The notes under the pieces are model-generated. The model saw only the letters and a list, made by a program, of their open reading frames with translations. It was not told where the DNA came from and searched no databases. From Eledone cirrhosa (taxonomy: Eukaryota): a stretch of 64,000 nucleotides of DNA. Below are positions 27,898 to 40,075 of the stretch, piece after piece (positions within the stretch are counted from its first letter, which is position 1; each line of letters starts with the position of its first letter). The DNA lies in contig OZ024743.1 in NCBI GenBank assembly GCA_964016885.1, positions 123,504,001-123,568,000 of the forward strand. Direction: 5' to 3'. A program made the translations under genes and the position numbers.

Positions 27898-29483
27898 CAG
27901 AATTAATAACAGAACACACTCACTGTTTGGTTGGTTTTCGCTTCTCGCTTCTGTCTTTTATATCGGTAATCTAACTTACTCGGTCCTCAATGTTGCCAAA
28001 CACCCTAACAATAGACTACCTGTATTAGACACAGAACTCTGGATTAACACTATAGACGAGAGAGCCCAAATTCTCCACTCACACTATGCTAAACCCATGG
28101 CCTCCAAATACCTGATACTCAAAAACTCAGCAACGTCCAGTAGTGCTAAGTTTAATATTCTGATCTCAGATTTGGTACGAGTGATGAAGAATGTATCCCG
28201 CATGTGCGACCCAACAGAAATGGAAAGACACATCCATCACTTCATCAACTGCATGCAGTTCTCTGGCTACAACCAAAGAGACAGAGTTAGAGTATACGAA
28301 GGAGCCATGGAGAAGTATAAGACCCTCATAGAACTGGACATGAAAGGAATTTGCCCATTATACAGGAGCAAATCATGGAATAGCTTAGATAGGGCTAGAC
28401 ATAAGATAGGGAAAGCCACCTCATGGTACGACAACCAGAGATACCAGAGTGTCATGTTTGTGGACGCTACCCCCGGATGGAAATTAGCTAACCAGTGTAG
28501 AAAGGCCCTGAGAAAGACCCACTTAAAAATTAAGGTGGTAGAAAAGCCAGGAACCACCATAAAATCCCTGATCAGCAAAACCTACCCTTTTAAGAAAACC
28601 CACTGTACCAATAGGAAGTGTATCATATGTAAGGTAAACCCCCGGATAAACTGTAAAACTAGAAACGTAGTCTATAGCATAAGATGTACAGAGGGTACTT
28701 GCAGAAACATGACAACAACATACATAGGTGAGACAGCTCGTAGCATAGGTGAAAGGATAGACCAACACTGGAGCGAACTAAAAGGACGAAAAAACGGGTC
28801 TGTACTATACGAACATGATAGACAACAACATGACGGTAACATAGACAACATAGAAATTAGAATAATATCTAAACATAGAAATGACCCAGCAGATAGGCAA
28901 ATCAGAGAGGCCAGTGAAATAGAAATTAGAACGCCAAGACTAAACAGAAAGAATGAATGGAATAACAACACCACCCAAACAAACAACGCTGACCTAAGAG
29001 AAGTATAAATAAGTAAATAAAATAAAATAAAATAAATAAATAAATAAATAAATACATACACAAACACAATAACAACAAGCACATAAACACACACTAGTCA
29101 CCCATCACACAGCAAACAAAACACTATACACACACGCAAACGCATGCGCAAAGAAGACAAAATAAAATAAACAAACAAGCAAATAAATAAATAAATATAT
29201 AGACAGACTGAATAAAAATGGCGTAGACATATAATACAACAGGAGGAAACGATAACACCACTGACGATGTTGCAGATGTGCAACGAAAGATGTATGATAA
29301 ACTATATATATGTGTTTGTGTCTATATTGTATCTGTATTATTTTTGACCGTCGGTCAGTCAATGGCAACATTGAGGACCGAGTAAGTTAGATTACCGATA
29401 TAAAAGACACAGAAGCGAGAAGCGAAAACCAACCAAACAGTGAGTGTGTTCTGTTATTAATTCTGGCAATATTACACAAGTAA
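27898..29483 (+). mobile_element. 5'-truncated Penelope-like element (RT thumb + GIY-YIG) with an inverted 3'-end copy at its 5' end
   Basis: LPVLD, YAKPMAS, CTNRKCIIC, NVVYSIRC...YIGETARSIGERIDQH, LNRKNEW (open to 29008); ~100-bp inverted repeat 27898-27998 / 29363-29465. Confidence 0.92.
29257..29298 (+). ncRNA. Degenerate minimal hammerhead in the PLE pLTR
   Basis: acca CTGACGA t gttgca-gatg-tgcaac GAAA gatg TA tgat; helices I and III each carry a mismatch. Confidence 0.65.
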
Positions 29484-30538
29484 TCTATATATATATTGTT
29501 TAGTGTACCGAACTTGCCTGCTACACCGTTCATCCAATTTTCATGAAACCTCACACATATATAAAACTCAACGCGTAGAGTGGAATAAGCTACTTGAAAT
29601 TTTCGAAAAATCGATAATCGGGCCCTATGACAGAATGTTTTTCGATTCCAATGAAATTTTATGTGAATTCGAACACAAGAACTCTTAGTTTACATCTGGC
29701 GCAATAAAAATAAATTTCATATGCCAATATAAGGACGTGCGTTATTGATTGGACGGCCAGCTGCATGTCTTCCCAGCTGTCTCAGTAAACGACCGACCAT
29801 TAAAGAGTTTCTTTTCATATTCCACCTTATTCAAGTGGAAATACAGTATTATCCCTATCTGAAAAGGGAACCAAATTTAATGGTGTCTTTTGTGAACCTA
29901 AAAGCTGTGAGTAAATTTTCAAACAGTCTTAATTAATCATGCTTTTTGAAAAAAGAATTACTAAATTATACGTTGACCAAGTTGTGTTGTACACATACAA
30001 TACAAGTAAAAAGATTTACGTCGTACCAATGTTTTCCTTTTTTAAACAAAAGATTCTAAAAAATTACTTAATTTATAATACAGTCTTTTGCACAGGAAGT
30101 GAGTAACTTTTCGGGTGTTTAAACGTAAGTTCACCAGGGTTTGTGTCTTCATTATTAGCCCACCTCTAATGGCATTTTTTGTTCTGCTTACGACTAAATG
30201 TTATGAGCGTATTTGCAATTAATTGCGCACACGTGCACACCTGCATGCAGATAGACACTGACAGCCAATAAAAAATCGATAACTTGCTTATTAAGATATC
30301 GGTCAAAAAGAGAGATTGAATGTACTTTAGAACATTTTTTGAATATATTGTTCTTTTTGGCATGATATGTCAGAAATATAGCTACTATACACTTTGGTTA
30401 TTTTTTGTAACTAAAAAACGGTTCCTTTTGGGTGGATACTTAACGAGAAAAATCCTAGGATTTTGGACAAGTTTGTTTCAGGCACTGTATAGACGCCTAT
30501 TTTGTCACACCTTGGTCATGAATTCGTATTCTTTTCCA

Positions 30539-30798
30539 ATAGATATTTTCCGCTCTATAAGGCTCACCAGGATATAAGGCGTATCATTTAAAATCAGGTC
30601 CGCGCAACGGCGTGTAAGGCCAACCAGAAAATGCTATCTTCTTTACTTTTAGTCTAGATCTATTACTTCTGTTAGAGCCGTGATTGATTACCATTGTATT
30701 ATTTATACATAAGGCTCACCGGAGTATAAAGCGCAGCGCTGTTTTTTTATTAAACTTAATTATTTTAAGTGCAATTTATAGACGGGAAAATTCGGTAA
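30539..30798. mobile_element. Decayed pogo/Tigger-like MITE nested in the Helitron
   Basis: Imperfect TIRs tattttccgctctataa / ttatagacgggaaaattcggta, with internal taaggctcacc..tataa repeats. Confidence 0.55.
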
Positions 30799-30908
30799 GT
30801 TATTGTAATCATATTTCCAAACCTTCCCATTCACCAGTAACCATGCTAACGAATCTGGTGTCATCTCTCTCTGTATTTAATCATCTCTCAGCTTCGTTAC
30901 ACGTCGTT

Positions 30909-31410
30909 ACGCCCACACGGAAACGTTCAAGACTTACCTCCAAAAAAGGTACAGCTATTGCTTTGAGACAACGAATTAGGCGTTCTCAGGTATGAGTTCA
31001 TTCACAATTGATTAATCCTTTATGCAATATTCTCCCTTAATGTTAGCAAGTACTGCGTTTATCCTAACTGTCACCACTTTTAAGCAACTACAACATTCTA
31101 ATCGTAGTTATATTAAATTTATTGTCTTACCTTGATTCCCTTTTGTTCATGTTAGACTTTTCTCATTTACTATTGACACTGCCATTGGCTTAGCTAACCA
31201 GTAGAATTAATTAATTTTCTCTAGGAAACACCTGCTGAGCGCGAATCTCGACTCGCTGATAGACGTCTTTCCCGGCTGGTTGAGTCACCAACATCACGTA
31301 CGACAAGGCTTGCTGATGTTCGCCTTCGTCGCCAACAAGCGCTGACGGAGGAATCACCAACATCCCGTCAGACGAGGCTTGAGGCTGTGGCAAAGGGCAA
31401 TAACCCTAGA
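30909..31410 (+). pseudogene. Spliced remnant of a Helitron protein N-terminus with STPR-like 23-aa repeats
   Basis: (ACG)PTRKRSRLTSKKGTAIALRQRIRRSQ | GT..AG intron 30990-31224, phase 0 | ETPAERESRL...ESPTSRTTRLADVRLRRQQALTE-ESPTSRQTRLE. Confidence 0.65.
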
Positions 31411-32124
31411 TACAATTTTGATCAACTTTTTTTCACCTGTAGCAAATTTATCGGGACAGGTTTTTAGCTACTCAAATCTACTTCAGAGATCACGCATTGA
31501 TGTAAAAAATCAATAAAACTGAAGCGGGGCTCGACTTTGCGCAAAAAAACAAGGCAAAGTTACACATGGGAAAACTTTTTACAGGAACGTCCTATATTCT
31601 TGAAAACTATCACAAAAGACTTGCCATTATGCCGCGGTTAAGATAAAGGCCCTTTTAATTCTTCTTCTGCACATGTGAGCGCAAAAATTGTAAAAAAAAA
31701 AAACCCTGAAAGTAATCGACATTTTCACCCTGCTTTAAATTAACTGAACATTCAATATCAAGCGATTTTGACTTCCGTCAGTCGTGCAGAGAACAATTTC
31801 AACGATACACTGTGTAACTACAATTAATAAATTACACACCTGTGTCTACTAGCCTATTTTCTTCCATTGAAGTTCGAAGTTTTGAACCTGTGATGCGCGG
31901 GAAGTAGCTTTCACACATTCTAACAGACCAAAGGTCTACTTACACCCGGGCAACGCCGGGTACTTCTGCTAGTATATATATATATGATAGTTGCAAAAAC
32001 TCTGCTAAGAGTTTTGCAATCGCTTATCAGATTACAGAAAATGGTGCGCTTTCGGGCTAGGGCCAGCTAGTTGAACTTGTAACACTGTAACAGATCCTGA
32101 ACAAACAATGCCTGTACTTTGAAG

Positions 32125-32161
<37 letters not shown>

Positions 32162-32374
32162 TGCTCCCTCGTTATCGAGTATGGCCATTGCACGATGGAC
32201 CATTATTAATAATTATTAATTAATTCTATCGTGCAATGCCTGTGTGTGAAGATATATTTTTTTTAAGTGAGGAAAGACTGTGCACTATATATATATATGT
32301 ATATACATACATAAATACATACACATGCATACACACACGCGCGCGTGCACACATATATATATAGAGAGAGAGAG

Positions 32375-32447
<73 letters not shown>

Positions 32448-32992
32448 AACATTTACCTCACTAAGAAGTCATTGACAATAATCTGTTTACGTTTCTCCGC
32501 TTGGTAAATAGTGGGATTATAGTGTCTGTTGGCTGAACATTTTGTTCGCTGATAAATTTGTACTGTCAACGATACCAACAGACCTTAAATAACATCCTAT
32601 GCTAACAGAAATACCAGAATGCAGACAGGTTTCTTAAACGATACAGTTAAGAGCAGACATTGATAAGCGGACTTAGAATATGTATAGAATAACTAGAAAA
32701 CACTGCTTACAGTACAAGCTAAATAAATTTTACATATCGTTCTATTTTAGCTCACTTCTTCCGACTTTCAGCTTTTGTTTAAAGGCCAAGATACATGCTA
32801 GCAGAAATATATGTACATGTACGTGTTCGTGGATTAGTTCAGTAGTGAATAAATGTGTAAGGATTTCACTCTATATACACATCAATATGTGATTATGTAC
32901 TTGTTTTGGGACAAACAATATATGCATATATTATACGCAGCGTGACCGAGTGGTTAAGGTGAACGCTTCGCATTAATTAGGTCTCGTGTTCG

Positions 32993-33028
32993 GACCTAGT
33001 TTCGGACGCTAGTCCTTCATCAGAAGAA
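32993..33028 (-). ncRNA. Hammerhead core truncated near the cleavage site, abutting a tRNA-SINE head (32938-32996, +)
   Basis: CTGATGA a ggac-tagc-gtcc GAAA ctagg TC; the 3' strand of helix I is absent. Confidence 0.6.
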
Positions 33029-33140
33029 AGAATGAGAAATGAGATAGATTGAAGGGACGGGCGGGGTGGAATTGGAAAAAAATGTCTTTCGATAAAAATA
33101 GCAGGTCCATTCATGTTGACACACACACACACATACATAC

Positions 33141-33231
<91 letters not shown>

Positions 33232-33714
33232 TATATATATATATATTAAACGGAGAAGGATGCATATCTCTACAAGAGTATAGATACATATACACAGTGT
33301 CCAACTTATACCGAGTTTGATCATGAATAATGATGATTTAGGATTTCTAGCGATACTCTACTCAGTTTCGTTATTTTCCTAATGAAACTGCAGTATGGAC
33401 ATTAAGGTGAGTAAAGATTTTTTTCTTGACTTGTATTCTTTTTTCCATATTATATATATATATATGTATGTATATATATATGTGTGTGTGGGGGGGGGGG
33501 GTTAGCAGGGAAAGCGGATGTTAAAAGTTGGTGATGAGAAAGATATGTGTCATAATACTGAGAGTAATTAATATCTGCTGCTTCTCCCTGTATCGTGTAT
33601 CCTCTCTAATAACGCAACCAAAACCTGAATTACAAAATACTGTATATATGACAAATAAGATACATGAGGATAATACCTGCACCAGATTGAAATGAAAAGT
33701 CATTAAGAAAATGA

Positions 33715-33750
<36 letters not shown>

Positions 33751-34708
33751 TTTAGAAGTCCCATTTAATGCTGAAATGGAAAACACAGAAAAAGCAAAGT
33801 AGGTAAAAGTAACTGCTAAGAAATAATTGCTACAGAAACTGGCTAAGAAATGGCAAGAAAAGCCTCTGTATGGAAAATACCCAGAAAGAGCTAACAATCC
33901 TGATGTTGACAAAACTTTAACCCATCAGTGGTTGGCATCCTCTGGACTGAAATCGGAGACTAAAGGACTGATTATATCAGCCCAAGATCAGTGTCTGCCA
34001 ACAAAAAAATTACCAAGCCAACATAATAAAAAATGGATGCAACCCATTATGCCGTGTATGTAAAAAACAACCAGAGACCATTGATCATATAATTTCAATG
34101 TGCAGTCCTATAGCTCCAACCGAATACCTAAACAGGCATGAGAGATTTGCACAATACATACATTGGATAATGTGTAAGTATTTTGACCTGCCCCATCAAA
34201 AGAAATGGTGGGAGCATCAACCACCTCCCATACTTGAAAAAGATCACATCTCAATCTTGTGGAACTTTAGCATCCAAACAGACCGAAAAATAGATGCAAA
34301 TGGACCTGATATAATACTGAAGGACTTTAAAAAGAGGGTATGCCTGCTAATTGATATGTCCATTCCAATGTATCTATAAAAACATTTGAAAATTTGAGCA
34401 AATATAAGGACCTGGAGATAGGTTGTAGGCGCTCTAGGAATGATACCTAAGAGGTCTAATGATTACTTATCGTAAATCCCAGGAAACCCACGTATATGAG
34501 AAATACAAAAGATAGTACTAATGGGAACTGCACATATACTAAGGAATATTCTGTCAATATAAGTACATCACAAGTCTAAACACCTAAAGATGCATGTGTG
34601 TGTATGTATGTTCTTTCTTGAACATGGCGGACCTTGTTGTATCTTGAGGTCACTGGTTGTGACTTGGTGATAACTCGTATGAACATAAAGCAAGATAAAT
34701 GCAACTGT
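33751..34708 (+). mobile_element. 5'-truncated R4/Dong-like LINE inserted in (TAA)n
   Basis: WQEKPLYGKY, ETKGLIISAQDQ, CRVC..ETIDHIIS.C...RHE, PDIIL..LIDMSIP; (TAA)n on both sides. Confidence 0.9.
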
Positions 34709-34732
34709 AATAATAATAATAATAATAATAAT

Positions 34733-37700
34733 GATTTCTTTATTGGCCACAAGAGCTGACATCAAGAAAAACATTACAGACGGCACAGGACGGTACAGGA
34801 CGGTACGTTTTATGTTTTGTTCGTGTAAAGATTTTTATTATTTATATAAGAAAAGAACATAGAAACATATACATATATAAACAATAAAAATGAAAATTGA
34901 AACAATGAAAAATTCCCCAATAGGGGGGAAACATCCAAGGGTTACTCGTGTGCGAAAACCACACAAAAGACCACGGCCACCCTGACCACCAGCGCAAGCG
35001 CCCTCTCTCAATTTTTCCATCTCTCAAACTACAGACGTATATTCAGAGTGGTCCCGTTTACTCGGACCATTCTCGCTACATTCACCCACCTTTCAACAAA
35101 CTTGCTATAAAGCAGCATTTGCCTCCCCACCCTGATTTTTCTCTTCAAGTGAAACTTGAAAAAGTTAATTAGGGATTCGCTGAAGAGGAAAGTGTCTGTC
35201 TTTAACCCTTTCAACCTTGTCCACCACACAATCTCTTTCGCCATGGCCACCAGGCAGATGAAAACCGCCTGCCCTTCCTCCTCGAAGGAAGACAACGAGA
35301 CCATTTGCACAATGGACTCAGTCGATAACCGGATCAGTCCTACACGCGACAGCAACTGTTCGACATAGCTCCACAAGTCAGCAATGCGCGCATCTCGGAC
35401 AGGCTCGCCTGACGGCACTTTCGTGCCTGTAGAGATAATCTCGAACCGGCAACGCTCCACGGTAGCACTGCCAGGGATTGTTGGAAGTTATCCATATGCC
35501 CTGGGCTGAAAGTTGTCCGGAAGAGAACAAACAGCTGATCTTCTTCGACGCCCAGGATCTCTCCGAGAACGTCATCGCTCTTCCGCTCCACTAGTCCTCT
35601 ATAGAACGCCGAGGTGGATGTTCCACCGATACTGGTGCTTAGTTAGCAGAGGGTGGTGAGCGCCTGAAGACATTCCAGTTTCCAAGCGCTATCCCTCGGT
35701 CTTTTCCTGACCCAGGACTGCAGCTCCGTCAAGGAGACGAGCTGTGGGAAAAAGTGCCTGGCGAACGGCGACCACACCTGTTCACCGTCAAGGAAGCACC
35801 AGAGATATCGCAACCTCAGCGCATATTTGCGCATCATCAACCATGGCATGCCCAGTCCTCCACGCATCGGGTGTTGACAGCAGATGGGAGCGCGTCTGAC
35901 CATGGGAGCGCGTCTCTTCCACAAAAAGCGGAAGAGGAGATGCTCCATTTTGGTGAGACTTGGGCCGGGGCAAGGGACGACGATGAGGCGGTAGCAGATG
36001 ACGGATGCTACGTACGCATTCGCCACCTCCGCCCGGTCTTTCAGGGACAGCTTCCTCTCAGCCCATTTCTGGGTTAGGGAGGCCACCCTGCTCGGTACCT
36101 CGCTCCAGTTTTTCTCCATCTGGAGGTCCGATTCGAACAAGACCCCGAGCAATTTAACCGGTCCGTCCGTCCAACGCCCCACGACTCTGTCGGACGGCAT
36201 GAACTTGCCTCTCCAGGTGCCGAGCTGCAAGCCCACCGACTTTTCCTGGTTTATCTTTGCTCCTGTCACCGTTTCGTATTCCTTGAGAGAGGTGCCGAGC
36301 ATCTACAAGTATCTGGTACTAGAAAGTACAATGGTGACGTGGTCGGCGTAAGCCGACTCGTATTTCCCGCATCCTAGGTCGCATGCGACGCCCTACATCG
36401 CCCCCAGTTTGTGCAGTAACGTCTCGAGAGCCAATACGTACAAGAAGGACGAGAGAGGACAACCCTCGCGGACCGAACGCATGATAGTGAATGGCTGCGA
36501 CGGGTGACCGTTCACCCTCACAACTAAGCAGATGTCGCTGTACATCGTAGCGATCCAACCCCTGAAAACAGGCCCGAAACCGGCTGCCTCGAGGACCGCC
36601 GCCAGGTACCGATGGTCGACGCTATCGAATGCTTTTGATTGATCCAAATTGATCAGAGCCCCACCCGTGCCAGGTTCCTTAACCACCCTCTCTATGATGT
36701 ATCGCATGAGGTGGAGGTTGTCGTGTATGGAACTGTCAGGAATGGCGGATTTCTGCGACTCTCCCACCAGACCCCCACGACAAGCGTCAACCTCGTTGCT
36801 AACACCTTGGCCAAAATCATGAACTCTGCATTTAGCACGGTTATGGGCCTGAAGTTATCGATAATATCCCCCCTTTTCGGGTCTTTTATCAGCAGCGCCA
36901 CCGCTCCCCGGCTCACAAAACTGCGAATGCTCCTGTTCTGCTGCCAGCTGCAGTAGACGTCTGCTAAGAGGTCACCGAACTAGTCTGACAAAAAATCATA
37001 AAGCTCATAGGGCAGACCATCCAAACCTGGCGATTTACCCCTCGTACAGTTAGCCATCACTTCCCGTATTTCATCGGCTGTTATTGGCTTTTCGTAACAC
37101 TGTGCTGCGGTCGTCGAGAACCGAGGCAGTCCGTCGAGGTATGCACTGAAGTCCATACCCCGATCCGGCCCGCCGCTGCTCCCTAACAGTTCAGCAAAGT
37201 GCTGCTGAAAAGCCTCACACATCTGCTCGGGTTCGAGCAACACGCGCCCGTTTTCGTCAGACAAAGTCCAACTTGTGGTTTTGTTGCCACGTCGCGCCTG
37301 TGCTACCCGGGCCAATTGGACGGCTTTTGTCCCCTCGTGTTTCGGAGCACGCGCTCTAGGTCTGACAACGCAGCCTTCGTGTTTTGCGTTGAAGAATTGG
37401 TCGAGTGCCAAACTCGCCGCAAGCACATCGGTTGCGATGTCTGTCCTAAACGCCTCTTCTAGCTTTCTGACTAACTCTCCCTCTACTCTATTTCCTCTAT
37501 CACTACTCCTTTGCTAAATTTAATCGACTCTACTTTAATTGCCCTTTTCAGGACAAACCACCACCTGTTGTTGACGACCGCTCCCGTCAACCCCCGCTTA
37601 ACTAATACGCTAATCCGGTCTCTGTAGGCTTTGCGCGCCGGGAAAGACTCGTTCAGCTTCCAGTAACCGGGTCCTTGTCTATGAAGTCTGTCTATGTCGA

Positions 37701-39337
37701 TCTCACAGATCACGAATTTTTGGTCTGTGTAGTCGACTATTTTAAATTGTGGACAACCTATACTAGCCTTATCTAGTTCCCTGTAGAATACCCTATCGAG
37801 ATACGATCTGGATGACCCTATGCGGTTTGTCCATGTCCACATTGGCACATTCAGGTGATCCAGTCATACCTGTCAGACAGTTCAAAACGTCAGAGCAGGT
37901 CGGTGAGGCTCTTGCACCCTCCTCCCGTATCCACTAGCCCCACATAATCCCAGCGTGCATCCAAGATACCGTTCCAGTCGCCCACTAACACTAAAGAGCT
38001 GGGCGTTCCAAGAAAGGTCTCTAGACGTCTGAAGAAATCTGGCCGTCCTGCTCCAGTTGGGGCGTAGACCGCTACTAGCCTGAAAGCATTGCCATCGCTG
38101 CCGGTCACGTCCAGCAACAGCGACTTACATTCTGGGTCCAGGAATATGGCCCGTATGGCGAGATCCAAACCTCTCCGAAAAAGGATGGCAAACCCTTCCC
38201 CCGATCCTGGACGGCTGGGAGATGCGTATACATCGTAGCCGCCGAAGATCGGTGCAAAGGCTCGTGCTTCGCAGATCCTGGTCTCGCTGATGGCCACCAC
38301 CTCTATATTTAGTGACCTGAGGTCGTTGAGTAGGTGACCCTGCTTCCAAGATGACCCCAGGCCACGTGCATTTATACTGCCTATTCTAAGTACGGCCATG
38401 TTGGATGAGAAACGGGGAAAGTGAGAAAGGGTCACTTACCTTGATTGTGTGGGGAAGGGACAGTAGAACTGTCCTTTTGGCTGGTCATGGGTGTTGCCAA
38501 GAGGATGTCAGTGTATATCCTCTTTGTAATCGACTCTCTGAAATCTCCAACTGCGTTGGGGAATTTTTGTTTTAAAAGTTTGTACTGTTCTATTTTGATA
38601 TCATTGATGCTTATGTTTGTCGAGAGAGTTCTTGGTGTTGGTGGGGTGTAGTAGTTTTTTCTGTGATGTCTGGGTGCTACTTTATATGTTGTATGAGTTC
38701 TTTATTTGCCATGTTCATGGCTGTGTACTTTTGGGGGGGAGGGGTGATTTTGTTGCTGTTTTCTTCTTGTTGCTGTTGAGTGTATGTGTTTTGTTGTCGT
38801 TGCGTTGCTGGTGTTTTTGGTGATGCTGGTGGTGGTGTGGTTGTTGTTGGCGGTGGTGCTTGTGGTGGTGATGGTGGTTGTGTTGCTGCAAGTCTCCTTG
38901 CAGCCTTTACCCCTCTTTGTGTGCCTTCGCTTTTGGAGGGTGAAGCTCAGGGTTTTTTTCCTTTTTCTTTTTTGTGGCAGACCGTTTGCCACTTCACTCT
39001 CGCCTCAGACTCCATGTCAGATTCCGTGGCGTCTGGAACGGGTATGTGCTCCACGGCTGTTGGTGGTGGTGGTAGTGGAGACTTCTCCGGCGATTTTGTT
39101 GCTGGTGCAGCTACTTCAAATGTAGCTACCGGTGTTGCCGCTACTGATGCTGCTGCTTTAGTTGTCCGTGGCCTTGGTACGGGGGTGCCACGGACGTTTC
39201 CCTCCTACTCACCGTGGAAGGGGCTTCTGCGTTTGTTGCCTGCCCTGCTCTTTGTAGCAGCGGACCAGGTGTTTTTGTTGTTGCTGTTGTTATTGATGGT
39301 GTTGTTGTTGGTGTTATTGTTGGTGTTGTTTGTGTTA
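34733..39337 (-). mobile_element. Tx1/L1-like LINE (ORF1 remnant + APE-RT ORF2), frameshifted
   Basis: ORF2 38399->35029: SINARGL, VAISET, AVYAP, VGDWN, SYLDRV, GPGYWKLN, KSPGLDGLPYE, FRPITVLN, LDQSKAFD, VREGCPLS, YADH; AATAAA followed by a (TTA)n tail. Confidence 0.92.
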
Positions 39338-39396
39338 GAAATATTTGGTAATTTTAAAATCTGTAACAATATCATTAAAAATGATATTTAATAATA

Positions 39397-39720
39397 ATGA
39401 GAATGCAAGAAAAGGAGAGGGAGAAAATTAACCGATACCAGGATTTAAAGTGGGAGGTAAAAAGGATTTGGAACTGCCATGAAGTCAAAGTGGTCCCGAT
39501 TGTCATAGGCGCACTAGGTACTATCTCAAAGAGTTTCCAAGGATGGTTAAAGAAGATTAGTCCAGCCCCACTTTTTGGAACACTTCAAAGGGCATGCTTG
39601 CTGAGAACAGCAAGAACCCTCCGATACGTCCTGAATGTCTGAGGCTGCAGGTAGTGGCTTGATATTCATTTCAATAAATTTTCCAGTTAACTAACATCAA
39701 CGACTGAGACTCAAAGAACA
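39397..39720 (+). mobile_element. Short 3' fragment of a third R4/Dong-like family in (TAA)n
   Basis: KEREKINRYQDL..VVPIVIGALG..LQRACLL.TARTLRYVL*; TAA repeats at both ends. Confidence 0.85.
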
Positions 39721-39734
39721 ATAATAATAATAAT

Positions 39735-39923
39735 AGTTGTTTCTACTTTAGGCACAAGGCCAGCAATTATCCCAGTACATTACTGGTACTTTATTTTATC
39801 GACCCCGTAAGGATGAAAGGCAAAGTTAACCTCGCCGGATTTGAACTCAGACCGTAAAGGGACGTAACTATGCTGAAAAAGCATGGTGTCCGACCCTCTA
39901 CCGATACTGCCAATTCACCGCCC
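39735..39923 (-). mobile_element. Full-length tRNA-SINE, main family, flanked by (TAA)n
   Basis: Close to the reverse complement of 6998-7180. Confidence 0.9.
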
Positions 39924-39960
<37 letters not shown>

Positions 39961-40075
39961 TTCTTTATTAGCCACACAGGGCTCACATTAAGGAAACCTT
40001 AAATGCGGTACAGGACGATACAGTGTGGGGTTTATTTAGTGATAACAGACAAACAGTACATAAGAAGAAAGACAG
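39961..40075 (-). mobile_element. 3' tip of another Tx1-like LINE
   Basis: ttctttattagccaca..ggct matches the 34736 terminus ttctttattggccacaagagct; (TTA)n tail. Confidence 0.5.

Larger units (their letters stand above)
29484..31972 (+). mobile_element. Non-autonomous Helitron
   Basis: 5' TC at 29484 after an A; 3' hairpin cccgg-gcaacg-ccggg (31945-31960), then CTAG at 31969-72 before a T; internal RepHel-like N-terminal remnant. Confidence 0.85.

Noticed and set aside
27821-27998. N-terminal part of the 395-aa ORF read as a natural fusion protein
   Set aside because: It crosses an out-of-frame PLE and an inverted non-coding repeat; only ~27999-29008 is genuine coding sequence.
38780-39391. 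203-aa Gly/Val/Ala-rich plus-strand ORF
   Set aside because: Antisense shadow of the low-complexity Tx1 ORF1 region.
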